A DNA stretch of 64,000 nucleotides from Emiliania huxleyi CCMP1516 (taxonomy: Eukaryota), in assembly GCF_000372725.1 (NCBI RefSeq), contig NW_005201412.1, positions 263,643-327,642 on the forward strand. Reading direction: 5' to 3'. The notes beneath the pieces are model-generated. The model was not told the DNA's origin, did no database searches, and was given only the letters and a program-made list of their open reading frames with translations. The translations under genes were made by a program, and so were the position numbers. This document shows, in pieces, positions 50,676-61,977 of the stretch. How positions within the stretch are numbered: position 1 is the first letter of the stretch; each line of letters starts with the position of its first letter.

Positions 50676-51507
50676 GCTCGTTGCGCAGCGGGTCGTCGTT
50701 GGCGGGTCGTTGGCTAAAAATTGAAATCAGCATTTCCCGCACAACCCGCTCGTCTCGGTTTCACCGCGCACCGGGCTCCGCCAAATCGCGCGATCGCCGA
50801 TAGGCAAGAACGTGTTAGGTCTTAGGACATTGAATGAGCCGTGCATGCTCTTGCCTCTTCGCACACACACCACCAAACACATAAAGCGCACCATCTACGG
50901 ACGACGACCCCGCGCAGCCGCGCTGTGGTCTATCTATCTATCTATGCCGAGTGACGCTTGAAGCTCGGAGTGCGTCCCACCGAGTCCTCGTCCCCCCCTC
51001 GGTCCTCACCCCCTGTGGTACTCCAGCCGGCGACGGGCCGGCGCTGGGTTCCCCAGGGTCCGTGTGGGTCCGTGTGGTGACGGCCACGCTGGCGGCGGGG
51101 GTGGGGGCGGGGGTGGCGGGGGAGGTGGGTATGGGTGTGACTGACCCTGCGGCCTTGCCAGCCGCGGCTCCACGCACGCATCGGTCGTCTGCCGCACCCG
51201 GGGGGGGTTGTCAAAGGTAGGTAGGTAGAAAGGTGAAGAACAGCCAGGCTCGGACTGGACACCAACGCGGGATGGGTGGACGCTAGACAGATGATGACGG
51301 CACGCACGAGCGACACACAGACACAAACAAGCTCACAAGACACACAGCCAGCGGCTGGCTGCCACACACCCTGAGTTGGCGTACACATAACTCAAGGCCA
51401 CATCCTCCCTGTCGCCCCCCCCAGCACTCCAAGGTGAAGAGAAAAAGCGCACCACATCACAGGTTAAAGAGAAAAGAAATTAGGTTGCTGATTATACCTC
51501 GTTTGGA

Positions 51508-52435
51508 ATGAATCGGAACGGACATCGACGTTCATTCGATGAGCCGAGTCGATCTGCAGCAGGGGCATTCGCCAACACCACCCAGGTTTTGCACAAATAC
51601 ATGGAAACCGCCGCGCACCAGGCGGCTGCGGGCGCGCCGGCGGGCGCGCTCGTCACGGTCGGCACCCTCGACCATGGCACCTCCGCCGCCCAGCCGGCCG
51701 CGGGCGCCCCCCCCCAGAGCTTCATGTACACGATGGCGCCTGTGTCTGTTGATGCGGGCGCGCAAATGGCGGCGCACGGGATGGCTCCGGTGATCATCCC
51801 CGGGGTGATGAAGGCGTCTCCCCGATGGGCCATCTCCAAGAAGGCGAAGCTCATCCTCGAGCAGATATACCAGATGGAGCGCTTCCCATCTGCCGAGATG
51901 CGGCGGCGACTCGCGGAGGACTTTGAGGTCGAGCCGCGCCAGGTGCAGTTCTGGTTCCAGGCGCGCGCGCCCGCCCGCGGAGAGCGGAAGGGCGAGCGAA
52001 TGGGCCTCCACCCCTCGCGGAACCTTCCCGCCCCTCCCTTCCCTCCTCCCCTCCCTCGGCCCCGCAAAACATGGGCGCTCGCTCTGACCAGCCGCGCCTC
52101 CGCTCCCCAGAACCGGCGGCAGCGGGACTCGCGCGCGCTGAAGCAGTCGCACGTCCTCACCAGCGGGGGAGCTGACGTCAAGAGCCAGACCTCCACCTCA
52201 AACGCCGAAGCCATCCTCGAGCAGCTCCGTATGATGAACCAGGCACCCTACCCCCCCCCCCCCCCCCCCTCTCCCCTTCTCTAAGGCTCTCCCTCAGTGC
52301 AATCTCTGCCCCCAGGCGCCTATTCCCGCCACCTATTCACCGCCGCAGCTGAGCGGCGAGCTGCCCCCGGCGGTGGGGCTGCAAGCGGGCTACTCTCTAC
52401 CCACCTCTTCGGCCGTCGAGCAGCCCGCCTCCTGA
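51508..52435 (+). CDS. Homeobox transcription factor; GC-AG introns 51961-52110 and ~52243-52315
   Basis: PRWAISKKAKLILEQIYQMERFPSAEMRRRLAEDFEVEPRQVQFWFQ|NRRQRD; helix-3 WFQNRR is restored by splicing. Confidence 0.9.
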
Positions 52436-53117
52436 GCCCGCTTCCGCAGGGCTGCGGTCCGGGGGCGGGAGGCGCGGGCCCGCTGGGCCCAAGGCGCGGC
52501 GAGCGGCTGTATAGCGTGGCTGGTTGGAGCACAGGAGAGGGTGGGAGCACGGGCAGAGGGGTAGCATGTCTGGCCTCGTCGAGATCGGCGTCGCCATGCA
52601 AACGCTTGCTTGGCAAGGCGGCGTGGCCGCGGCTAGTCGCCGGCGACTTCGTCTGGCTCGTCTGGCTCCGAATACGGACTGGTAGGTGTACAAGGAGCGC
52701 AGTGGGAGCATGTGGGACTCTATGTGACAGGCGTTCACTGAGACGCCTCTTGGGGGAGAGAGATGTGTCTTGAGAACGAGAGGAACCGTTCCCTCAACCC
52801 CACGCACCGGGAGTGGAAGAGCGAGGCGAAGAGCACACACATCCACATGCATCTCGTGGGTGCGGGTACGGGCGCTAGCCGCTACGGCAGTCGGCACGGC
52901 TTTACCAGTAATATATACCACGTACACGCAAGGCAGCTCCAGCTGCGTGTTCGGCCACATTGTAGTTGTACTGGTTGTGTAGGCTGTATAGCCCTCCCGG
53001 TCCGGCGTGTTCCCCACACCTACCTGTAAGCTATATAAACGCGCGGCGCCCCGGTCTCCAGGGGGGCAGTTTCCACTAGCACTACGGAGTCACCTGTGGC
53101 GCACAGCCTCTCACACA

Positions 53118-53769
53118 TCAACTACCTCGCTGGCTGCCTCCGGTACCGGTCGATCCCGCAGGCTTTTCCTCGGCGTCGCCGCCGCCGCTGCTCTTCTCGA
53201 ACACAGCGGACACCAGCATGCCGCCCAGTATGACGACGATGAAGATGAGGGCGATCGTGCATGCGATGAAGCCGCTTGCGAAGACGTTGATATGGCACTC
53301 TTCTGCGAGTTCCTCTGCGCTCGAAGAGCGACTCCCACAGAGAAAGGAGAGGAAGTTTATCTGGCATAGATACCGCGCGTTTGGCCACGCGAGAACTGCC
53401 ATCCAGATAGCAAACGGCAGGATCAGTCCCCCGAAAGCACCGACAGCCTTGTCGAGCGAGGACTCCGCACCAAGCTTCTTCTTCTTCTCGAGGCGGAGGA
53501 TGAATTGGGCGAGACCGTTGACGATGGCGATGGCGCCGAAGACAACTGTCAGCCACCAGAGGTTTGGAATGGCCGGGCAGGACCTGAAAACAGCACACGA
53601 CGGCCGTGAGAGACCGAGGCGCGTGGCAAGGCCGATGCGGTGGCAATGCAAGCCCAAAGGGTGGCAGCGGCATGATGATCAGGCTCAGCGTGCCCAGGGT
53701 GCTCACCAAGCCTAACCACTCCTCCTTGGTGCGGTTCTCGTAGATGTCGACCGTCGGAGTGGACTCCAT
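53118..53769 (-). CDS. Uncharacterised ~4-TM membrane protein; 1 intron
   Basis: MESTPTVDIY...WLGLVSTLGTLSLIIM...|SCPAIPNLWWLTVVFGAIAIVNGLAQF...FGGLILPFAIWMAVLAW...FIACTIALIFIVVILGGMLV. Confidence 0.65.
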
Positions 53770-54059
53770 TATTGTGCCACACTACTGAGCAGCCGCAAGC
53801 GCAACCGACGGACGTCCGCATCGTCTATAGTGTAGAGCTAGCAGCACGTTTAGGTCGATAGGCTAGCAGCACGTTTAGTAACCTTACCTATCCCTTTCAA
53901 CACACATGCACATGTCATGCACAACATGCACATGCACATGTACATGTTGTTGTTGTGTCTGTCTGTGAGAGGCGTTGTTTGTGCGATCCTGCCTGGTTGG
54001 TTGGTGCGATCTATCTTGCTTGCTTGGGCCCGGGCGCGGACGCGCGGTCGGTCGGTGGG

Positions 54060-54188
<129 letters not shown>

Positions 54189-55042
54189 TGTGGTGTGTGA
54201 GCTGCGTGCGAGCTCTCACACTTACGAGCTAGATATAGAGCTCACACGCAGAGGCCGTCATCGCATTCGCCTTCCTTCCTGGGCCACCCACAGTGCTGCC
54301 TTCTGACTGTCGTCGCTGTCTGACTGCCTGTCTGTCCGTCTCTACTGTCTGTGCCACTCTTCGGATCGCTGGTCGAGCGACCCGGGGGAGGCCCCGCGCG
54401 CCTGACCCAGGGCGCGAGAAATGAATCTGCGAGGCGAGGCCGCTTGTGCGGCCCGATGGGGGGGAGGGGGGCGGAGCGGCGGACTATGGGGATCGGCTTC
54501 TTACACCGCCCTTCCGCGCAGCGAGAGACCCCTCCAACCCACCCGCGATAGGTCTCGGGGGACGCAGGGGTCACTCCCGCGCGAGCTCGGGAACTGTGGC
54601 CGGGGCAGTCGGAGAAGCGGGGCAACTCCGCGCACTGACGGTCGGCCGTCAGAAAACATGCCTGCATGGACCGCGTCACACTAATCCTTGCTACCCAAAT
54701 CTAACACTTTATTGGGGGCCTGGAACCCTGCTCACGCGCTTTGTATTCTTTGTGTGCTGTGAGAGGCTTGAGAGAGAGCGCGCGAGCGAGAGAGAGAGGG
54801 AGTCTAGGTAGGAGGGAGCGAGCGAGCGAGTGAGACAGAAACTCTCTTCTTTCTTGGCTTGTGCGATCTCGGCTGGTGAAATCTTGGCAGAGAAATTATG
54901 TTTTGTTGGCTCCATCGCATCGCCAACCTGGGCGAGCTAGATCTAGTGACCCTTCCAAATTTCGTGGTCTGAGACTGCAACACGGCGTCTGTGTCGCCTA
55001 CGAAGGGTAAACGCCCTTGTCGACCCGGCGCGTCCATTGAAG

Positions 55043-57060
55043 ATGCCGGTTCCGCCGCCGCCGCCTCCTCCGCCTCCACCGCCTCCTCCGCCTCCTCCGC
55101 CGTTGGATTCTGACCCCTTCTCTCAGCTGGCAGAGCTTGTCGAGGAGCTGCAGCTTCCGCTCGCCAACCTTTGCGAGGGCTCGTGGGCGGCGACAAGCGC
55201 GCAGGTCAATGAGGTCGTCGAGGCGAAGATTGAGGCTGCCTTTGAGAAGATTGCCGAGCGCATCCGCCAGCAGCTGCAGCGTCCACGCGAGAACGAAATC
55301 CCGCGCCTGCTCGGGCGCGGGATGCACGCCGTCTTTGAGAACGTGTGGCCTGACCTGCGCGAGATGCTGCTCGAATACGCAATGAGCGGCGTGGAGCGGG
55401 GCCTAACCCGGGTACGGAAGGACCTACCCCTCAAGCCGCCACCCTCGCAGCCGCCATCCCGCCTCGCCCGCGTCCGCAACCGGCTGCTCTACACGCTCTA
55501 CCCGTACGACCGCAGCTTTCTGTCTCAGTGCTGCCAGGCGCGCCGCACTGCTCGCGACGCGGCCCCTGCTGACTACTGCACTCACACCTGTGATGCCTCC
55601 CCTGAGAATGCAGTGGCAGTACTGGCTCCTCTTCGGCATACAGTGCGTCGCCTATTTCGGCATCTCGTCCCTCTTCTTCCTCGCCGTCGGCGCCAGAGAT
55701 GAGCCACCGTGCCGAGCGCGGCGAGGGCGTCGCCTCACCGGCCCCGCCCGCGTGCGCAGGCTGCCTGATCGAGCGGAGAGACGAGTTCCAGCTCGCGCAG
55801 CACGTGCTCTACATGAAGGGCTTCATGTTCCTCTCCACGGGCTTCCTCGGCCTCGTCTTCTACGGCGGGTCGGACATGTACTGCGCCGCGGCCGCCTCGC
55901 CCGAGACGCTGCTCGCTTGCCTGCACGATGTCTCCCCGGGACGGCGAGCGAGCTACGCGGCAGAGTGCGTCCTCTACAGCCTGCAGGCGGACTGCCACCA
56001 GCACCGCCGTGTGTCCTCGTAGCGCGTGCCTTCTTCCCGCGCGTTCTTATAGCACGGTGGGGTGCAGCTGGTGGGGTGTCCCCTGCGGCCACGAGACCCT
56101 AGACAAGTCCCTAGACGAGACCTCTCGAGTTCGAGCGGCGTCCCTCCCCGAGACGCTTCTCTTCTAGCCGTGCCGCAGGTGGCCGCCGTCTGGTGGGCGA
56201 TGCTGCAGCTTCGGCTGGCGGCGCAGAGGCAGGCGGCGCCCGACTACGCGCCCCTCGGGGACGACGGCGAGGAGGAGGGCGAGAAGGCGGGAGGGCGGTC
56301 CTCCGCGCCCCGCTCCCCTCTCCCTTCCTCGGTGCCGTCCCCTGTGCCGCCTCGCGCCTTCGGCCGGCGGCGAGGACAGAGCATCAAGGGGCGGCGAGGC
56401 GGCTGGCTGGCGCGGCTGATCGCGTACGAGGTGTGCTGCTTCGGGCTCTGCGCAGCCCTCTTCGCTGCCGCGGCGGTGCACCACGGCTTTCGGGTTGCCG
56501 CGGGGGGAGGGCCTCGGCCGGAGGCGAGGGCGCCGAAAGAAGAGACGGCAGGGGTCGCCCGGACATGAGGCTACAGAGGGGTTGGCGTGTGCGCCGCGTA
56601 GGACTGGACGATGATCTGGACAACCCTCACTTGGTGCAAGACGCTGTACGGCCTTCTGGCGGCGCGCAACCCCTCGCCCCCCTCGCGCCTCCCCGCAGCC
56701 CTCGGCACGCGGCAGCACTCGCGGGGGGTCTCCTCTCTCCTAGGCGCCCTACCTCCTCTTCATGCTCCCGCTCGTCGGCGAGATTTTGCTGCAGGTGCCG
56801 CTCATGACGGGGTACGACGAGCACGGCGCGCCGCGCCGCGCCGCACTCCTCGCCCCTCTGTGTGTGTGTGCCTGCTCAAGGTGGCTGCTGACTTGCCCGA
56901 TGACACGTCCGCAGGCCAGCTGCAGCGCTACCTGACTGCGGTCGAGCTGGACAAGGCGAGGGAGGCCCGGCTGATCGCGCGCCTGCAGGCGAAGCAGGCC
57001 CGCGAGCTGGCCCGGGATCGTGAGCGGGCGGGTTGCGGGTCGCCCTGCTTGAACCCTTGA
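55043..57060 (+). CDS. Uncharacterised multi-pass membrane protein with N-terminal poly-Pro; multi-exon
   Basis: ...VWPDL...RNRLLYTLYPYDRSF...|WQYWLLFGIQ...ERRDEFQLAQHVLYMKGFMFLSTG...WCKTLYGLL..PYLLFMLPLVGEILL...TGYDEHG; coherent exons with GC/GT-AG introns. Confidence 0.65.
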
Positions 57061-57541
57061 CGACTGAACCAGCCAGGACTGAACGCGGAGAGTCGAGCGA
57101 GAGAGTGCCGGTCAGTGTCGCTTCTGTGCATAAGGCCTTCTTGCCTGTCGCACTCTTGCCTGTCGCACACATGCACATGTGCAATCGTTTCGCAGTTGGG
57201 GCCTGTGTCAGACCTGGGCTTGAGATTGAGGAGATATCGCGTCGGTTCCGGTAATCGGATATCGGATATCGGTCTGCGTGGAACATTATGTAAGTTCCAA
57301 ACAAATAAATTCCCGAAAGACCGCACAGACAGGTGACAAACACAACGCTCAGCCTGTCCTCAGGCTCAGCGGCCAAAAGGGCGAATAATTTAACAAACAT
57401 GACTCTCTCTCACAGCAGACAGATTCGCCGGAACTAACACACACAGGCGGAGTGAAGTGTGAAGAAGTCGCGCAGCTGCACCCCAGGCATGAAGCAACCG
57501 TTACGAGGCTAGCCTCGTACCTCGAGAAGATATGTGTACAT

Positions 57542-58720
57542 ATGGCTCCTGTCGTCGCGAAGAAGGGCAGTAGCACCAGTAAGATTGCTCCCGAACCGAG
57601 CGCACCAACCGGCAGAATCGGCAGCTCTAAAGAGGTATCATGCAAATCCGAGCCGTCTGGCATGGCATCCAAATCCGAGCCGACTGGCACGGCACTGCCA
57701 GCGCCGCGACCATTTCTTTCGATCTCCAACGACCTCTGTGGCCTTGTGATTTCGTCTTGGCTCGTGCCGACGGTGAGGCGTCCTCGCAAAGGTGTCCTGA
57801 CCTTTGTGGGTGCCTTGTTGGCTCAGCTTGGCTTCCTCTTGTACATGGTTGAGATCATCATCCACGGAGGCAAGAGCACCTGCGAAACGCCCGCTCTGCT
57901 TCAGTTGGTCGCCCTCTACACCTTTGGCTCCGCATGCGCCGCCGGATCGCACAGCGACAACCTGCTGCAAGTTGCCCTTGTGTGCCAGCGGCTGCGGCTT
58001 CCCGCCGCTCCTGTGGCCGACAGCCACGGGCGGCTGACACAAGGCAGCGAGGCAAAAGCCGCTCAGGGGCAGAGGGAGTGGCCATGCCGCGACATTTGCA
58101 CCGTTGACGTTGCCACGCGTCAACAGGTGATCATCCCAGTCCGGCCGACGTCACGGCGCGCGCGGATGCTGCTCGCGTGCGCACCTCTCGCTTCGATGCT
58201 CATCGAGCTCCTCACGCTCTGCGTCGGCCCGATCTCCTCAGCTCTCTTTCACCAAAGCATGCCACTGCTCTCATCATCAATCCACGGTAGGCGCTGTCTA
58301 CCTGCTCTTGTCTGCGACCACCGAGGAGCTGATTCTAAACGCGGTGAGATCCGGCAGAGACGCGTGGGTTTAGTTGTGGGTGAGTGTCGAGCGCTCCCGG
58401 CGCGGCGTCAGGTGGCGACGAACTTCGTGACGCAGATCGACGAGGTGATGCTCACCGCGTTTGTGCACCGCGCGTCGCGCGATCGGCTGAGCAAGTACCA
58501 GTACGAGCATCTGTGGGGCGTCGAAGAGGGCGACACCCGGCTGAAGAATGTGAGCGATCGGTCGAGGTGGCTCGCGCGCAGACAGGAGCTGCTGCCACTC
58601 GTCTTGCTGCTGCTCGCCACCGTCACGGTCGGTGCCGGGCAAGCGTACGGCAGCCCTCAGGACGGCGAGTCGTGCAGCTTCGTCTACCCTCCCGAGAGAG
58701 AGGCTCCAGAGGCTGTCTGA
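57542..58720 (+). CDS. Uncharacterised membrane protein; probable intron ~58227-58410
   Basis: Long ORF with several hydrophobic segments (VLTFVGALLAQLGFLLYMV; LLQLVALYTFG; LLPLVLLLLATVTVG) and VATNFVTQIDEVM. Start uncertain. Confidence 0.55.
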   Translation: MAPVVAKKGSSTSKIAPEPSAPTGRIGSSKEVSCKSEPSGMASKSEPTGTALPAPRPFLSISNDLCGLVISSWLVPTVRRPRKGVLTFVGALLAQLGFLLYMVEIIIHGGKSTCETPALLQLVALYTFGSACAAGSHSDNLLQVALVCQRLRLPAAPVADSHGRLTQGSEAKAAQGQREWPCRDICTVDVATRQQVIIPVRPTSRRARMLLACAPLASMLIELLTLCVGPISSALFHQSMPLLSSSIHGRRCLPALVCDHRGADSKRGEIRQRRVGLVVGECRALPARRQVATNFVTQIDEVMLTAFVHRASRDRLSKYQYEHLWGVEEGDTRLKNVSDRSRWLARRQELLPLVLLLLATVTVGAGQAYGSPQDGESCSFVYPPEREAPEAV

Positions 58721-58948
58721 CGTCAGGGCGTGCGTGCCGCTGCCGGAGAATGCACTTGTCTTTCACAAACGACAAACTTCGCGCCAGTTGGGGATGTGCG
58801 CGGGCGTCGCTCTTATCAGTCAGTGCGCGCAAGTTCGTTGCCGGCATCGCGCATGCTCATTTTAGATTTTTTATAAGCGCATCAATAACAATATGTGTGT
58901 TCTCTCTTGTGACTCGCCCAGGACTCGCCCTGCCGATTCTTGGGGCTT

Positions 58949-59027
58949 GGCGCCGCGTCACGGGGCTCGAGCAGGGAGGACGGGCGCGGTGCCTTTCCCC
59001 TCCCCGCCGTCATGCCGACGCGACACC
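58949..59027 (-). promoter_or_regulatory. SECIS element (type II) in the glutaredoxin 3'UTR
   Basis: Minus strand: GGUGUCGCGUC-ggc-AUGAC-GGCGGGGAGGGG-AAA-GGC accgc GCC-cg-UCCUCCCUGCU-CGAG-ccccgu-GACGCGGCGCC. It shows helix I (11 bp), the UGA/GA quartet, helix II (11 bp), an AAA bulge and an apical mini-stem. Confidence 0.9.
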
Positions 59028-59109
59028 ACAGGGAAAGCTGGCCTCTCGGCGACTCGGCCCGTGCCTCCCCAACTCCCTTTGCACATCGCGAGTCCCGCCG
59101 CGCCGGCGC

Positions 59110-59844
59110 CTAATTTTGCAGCATCGGCTGCAGCTTGCCCGCTTTATCAAGCGTCATCACGCCGCCCAGACCGCCGTCGTTGCAGCCGCCGACAAACTCG
59201 CCGCCGATGAAGACGGCAGGGACGGAGGTGCGTCCCGTGAGGTCTGCGAGCTCTGCGCGGAGGGCGTAGCCGTCCTGCACCTCGTTCAGCTCGACGACGC
59301 GGTACTCGGCGCCGTAGCCGTCGAGCACCTGGCGGGCGAGCGGCGAGGAGAGCACTCTCGGGGTTGTGTGCGTGCTGTTCGAATGTCTGTCGAGGTGGCG
59401 TTGGCAAGGCAGCGACGCCAGCACTCGCCTGCTTCGCCTTGACGCAGAAGGGTCAGGTCGTAAACGAGAACATTACCACGCGGTCGCCTAGGGAAGGTGC
59501 CGCGAGCGGGTCTGCGATCGGCCAGCCCACTGAGGGCATGCACAGGAGGTGTTGCCGGCAATGATTCCATCGAGCTGCGCACGCATCGCGATCTCGTCGT
59601 AGTCGCCGGCCTGCAACTTGGCGAGCCCCTTCTTGAACTTTGCCGCCGGGCTGTTTTGGATGGCCTCTTGCAGACCGTTGATGGCTTGGATGAATGGGTT
59701 GCCGGTCGGGTCCTCAGCGCAGGTGAGCACAGAGGCGCGTGCCACGGAGGGCAGACGCGCTGAGCGCGTCGACGAGGGGAGAGAGAGCGCGTGGCCATCT
59801 GGGGCCAGGCAGAGGAAGAGCGCGATCGCTGCTCGATACAGCAT
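59110..59844 (-). CDS. Selenocysteine-containing glutaredoxin (UPFC active site) with N-terminal signal/transit peptide; exons 59844-59556, 59487-59429, 59328-59110
   Basis: Spliced: MLYRAAIALFLCLAPDGHAL...DGIIAG|DRVVMFSFTT-TGA-PFCVKAKQ|VLDGYGAEYRVVELNEVQDGYALRAELADLTGRTSVPAVFIGGEFVGGCND...; TGA at 59453-59455. Confidence 0.92.
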
Positions 59845-59959
59845 CTCTCTCTCTGTTGTCGTGTCAGGCTCTTGTGTCAACAGTGGCGAGCCGTTTAGGC
59901 AGCAGCGAGCCACAGCAGCGAGCCAGCGGAAGCTTCTCTCTCAAAGAAAACAACCTGCG

Positions 59960-60173
59960 CAGCGGAGCTGGGAATAGGACCGCCGCAAGCGGCGTGGCGT
60001 GGAGCGGTTGAGCATCCCTCCGGGGGCCCCTCTGCGCCGGGGAGGCGATGTTGGAGCTAGGACGCAAGCGTCCGTCGCCCTTTTCAAACTCGGGGCCCCA
60101 CTCCGCTACGCTCCGAGGCCTCCGACCCGAATTTGGAGGCCTGAAAGTTTAAGGTATTGCTGCGCAAAAGGGG
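59960..60173. repeat. Second copy of the ~205-bp element, upstream of the glutaredoxin gene
   Basis: Matches 36067-36273 with small indels. Confidence 0.92.
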
Positions 60174-60285
60174 TCGGACACAGGGCGCAGCTCATGCTAA
60201 GAGCTAGAAGGGGAGCTAGAGAGAACGACTACCCTGTCCCGTTATTGCGTACACCAACACCACAAAAGCTCTCTCTCTCCTGTCC

Positions 60286-60621
60286 TCACTCAGAGCACAG
60301 AGGGGGGTCACAACTACCGAGTCCCTCGACTAGCTGCCACGTTGCCGACCGAGAGCGGATCTCCTCCTGCTCCACAAGGAGGGTGGCCAAGGCTAAAGTC
60401 TTGCCGGAGCCGCCGGGCGCGTTGACGACTTGGAGAAGGTCGCCCTTGTACTTGTGCTTGTAGAGATGCTCGAGGGGGTGCTTTGTGGGGCGGTGCGCAG
60501 CCAGGCCAGCAGTGAGGGGAGGCGCACCCTCACTCTCCTCGGTTGCAGAGCTCGTCGGAGGCTGCGTCACGACGGGAGGGTCGCGACAGCAGTCCTCGGG
60601 CGAGCCGACGCGCATGTCCAA
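60286..60621 (-). pseudogene. Possible P-loop NTPase/helicase fragment
   Basis: LQVVNAPGGSGKTLAL is a Walker A resembling the PIF1/Helitron 'APGGTGKT'. No further motifs; neighbouring frames are interrupted. Confidence 0.3.
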
Positions 60622-61621
60622 CCAGCGCTGGGACTCGTTGTGACGGCAGACGCCGGCTGCCTCTCCAACCGCTTCTGCAGCGTCCTTCTCTGGGCTCGAT
60701 CAGCGGCTTTCCCTCAGTTGCTCCGAAGCACGGATTTGGCGGACGTTCTTGGTTTCAATTTTACGGATGTCTTGGCACCAGCTGACATCCCAGCTGAAGG
60801 CTTGTACGGCTCAGATCACATGGTTTCTGCACGGTATTCGGATTTTGCTATTTGCTCGTGTGGGGGTATATTGCAGATTTGTCAATGGTACCGCGTCTCC
60901 GTCTGCGACGCGGGCGCCTTGCTTGCGGGCAGAGCCCTTAGCCACCCTTTATATCTTGCGCGGTCAAAAGCGCGGGCAGTCTCTCGCATTGTCCGAATCG
61001 ACATCAGCGCCACTGCTTCGGCGGCTAAGCCATTTGCGGCGGGCGCGCCACCGGCAGCCGGCGGGGGACAAGTGCTCGAGGTGAGGGTGCCGGCAGCGGC
61101 GCACGGACGCGAGGTCGAGGTGGTCGTCGCGGCAGAGAAAATTTGAAGTGAGACGAAAAGTGTCCCGAGAACGGCCCCGCGAGTCGTACGTACCGTCTAC
61201 CGTCTACGAGTGATCCGCTCACTGATCTCGCGTCGCTCGGGCACTGACACGAGCTAAAATGTAAAAAAACATGTGTGTGTGTATATCCACCACTGGACTA
61301 CGCGTAATCGTACACCTATAGACTTCCAGCGGGCAGCGATGTGTGTTACGATCTCCTCCACACCGCACACGGCTGGCCACTGAGACTAGAGAGCCGTCAC
61401 GCGTAGGCCCGTACGAGCGGCCAGGGAGGGTATCGCATGCGTCAATGGCATGTACGAACAGCTAGCAGAATATCCCAGGACCCCCACCTCCTATCTGGCG
61501 CCCTCGCCGGCTGGAAGCTAGCAGCCGCACGGGGGCGCTGCCCCGAGCCGCGATGCAGCCGAGAATTGCCGCCAGAGTGAGCCGGGACGCGGAGGATGTG
61601 CGACCAACCCCGCCCCTCGAA

Positions 61622-61945
61622 TTACTCCCCCTCCTCCAAACGGCGCCGCTTGGCGAACGGCGAGCCGTCGCCATCGCCTACGCAGAGAGAGCCGCCGAGC
61701 AAAGTTAGCCGAGATTGACCCGAGATCGCTCCTCGATGCAGACAGCCGGTCGGTGCCTCCCTCGCTGTTCGACGCCTCCACCGCCGATGCCGCAACCGGC
61801 GCCGGCGCTGCCTCAGCCTCCTCCATCTCAGTGTCGCGTGCGCCCTCGCCCTCGCCCTCGCCGCCGCCCTCGCCCTCGCCCTCGCCGCCGCCCTCGCCGC
61901 CGCCCTCGCCGCCGCCCTCGCCGCCGCCCTCGCCGCCACCCTCGC

Positions 61946-61977
<32 letters not shown>

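Noticed and set aside
59453..59455. Glutaredoxin as a nonsense pseudogene
   Set aside because: The TGA aligns with the catalytic Cys and a SECIS is present, so Sec recoding explains it better.
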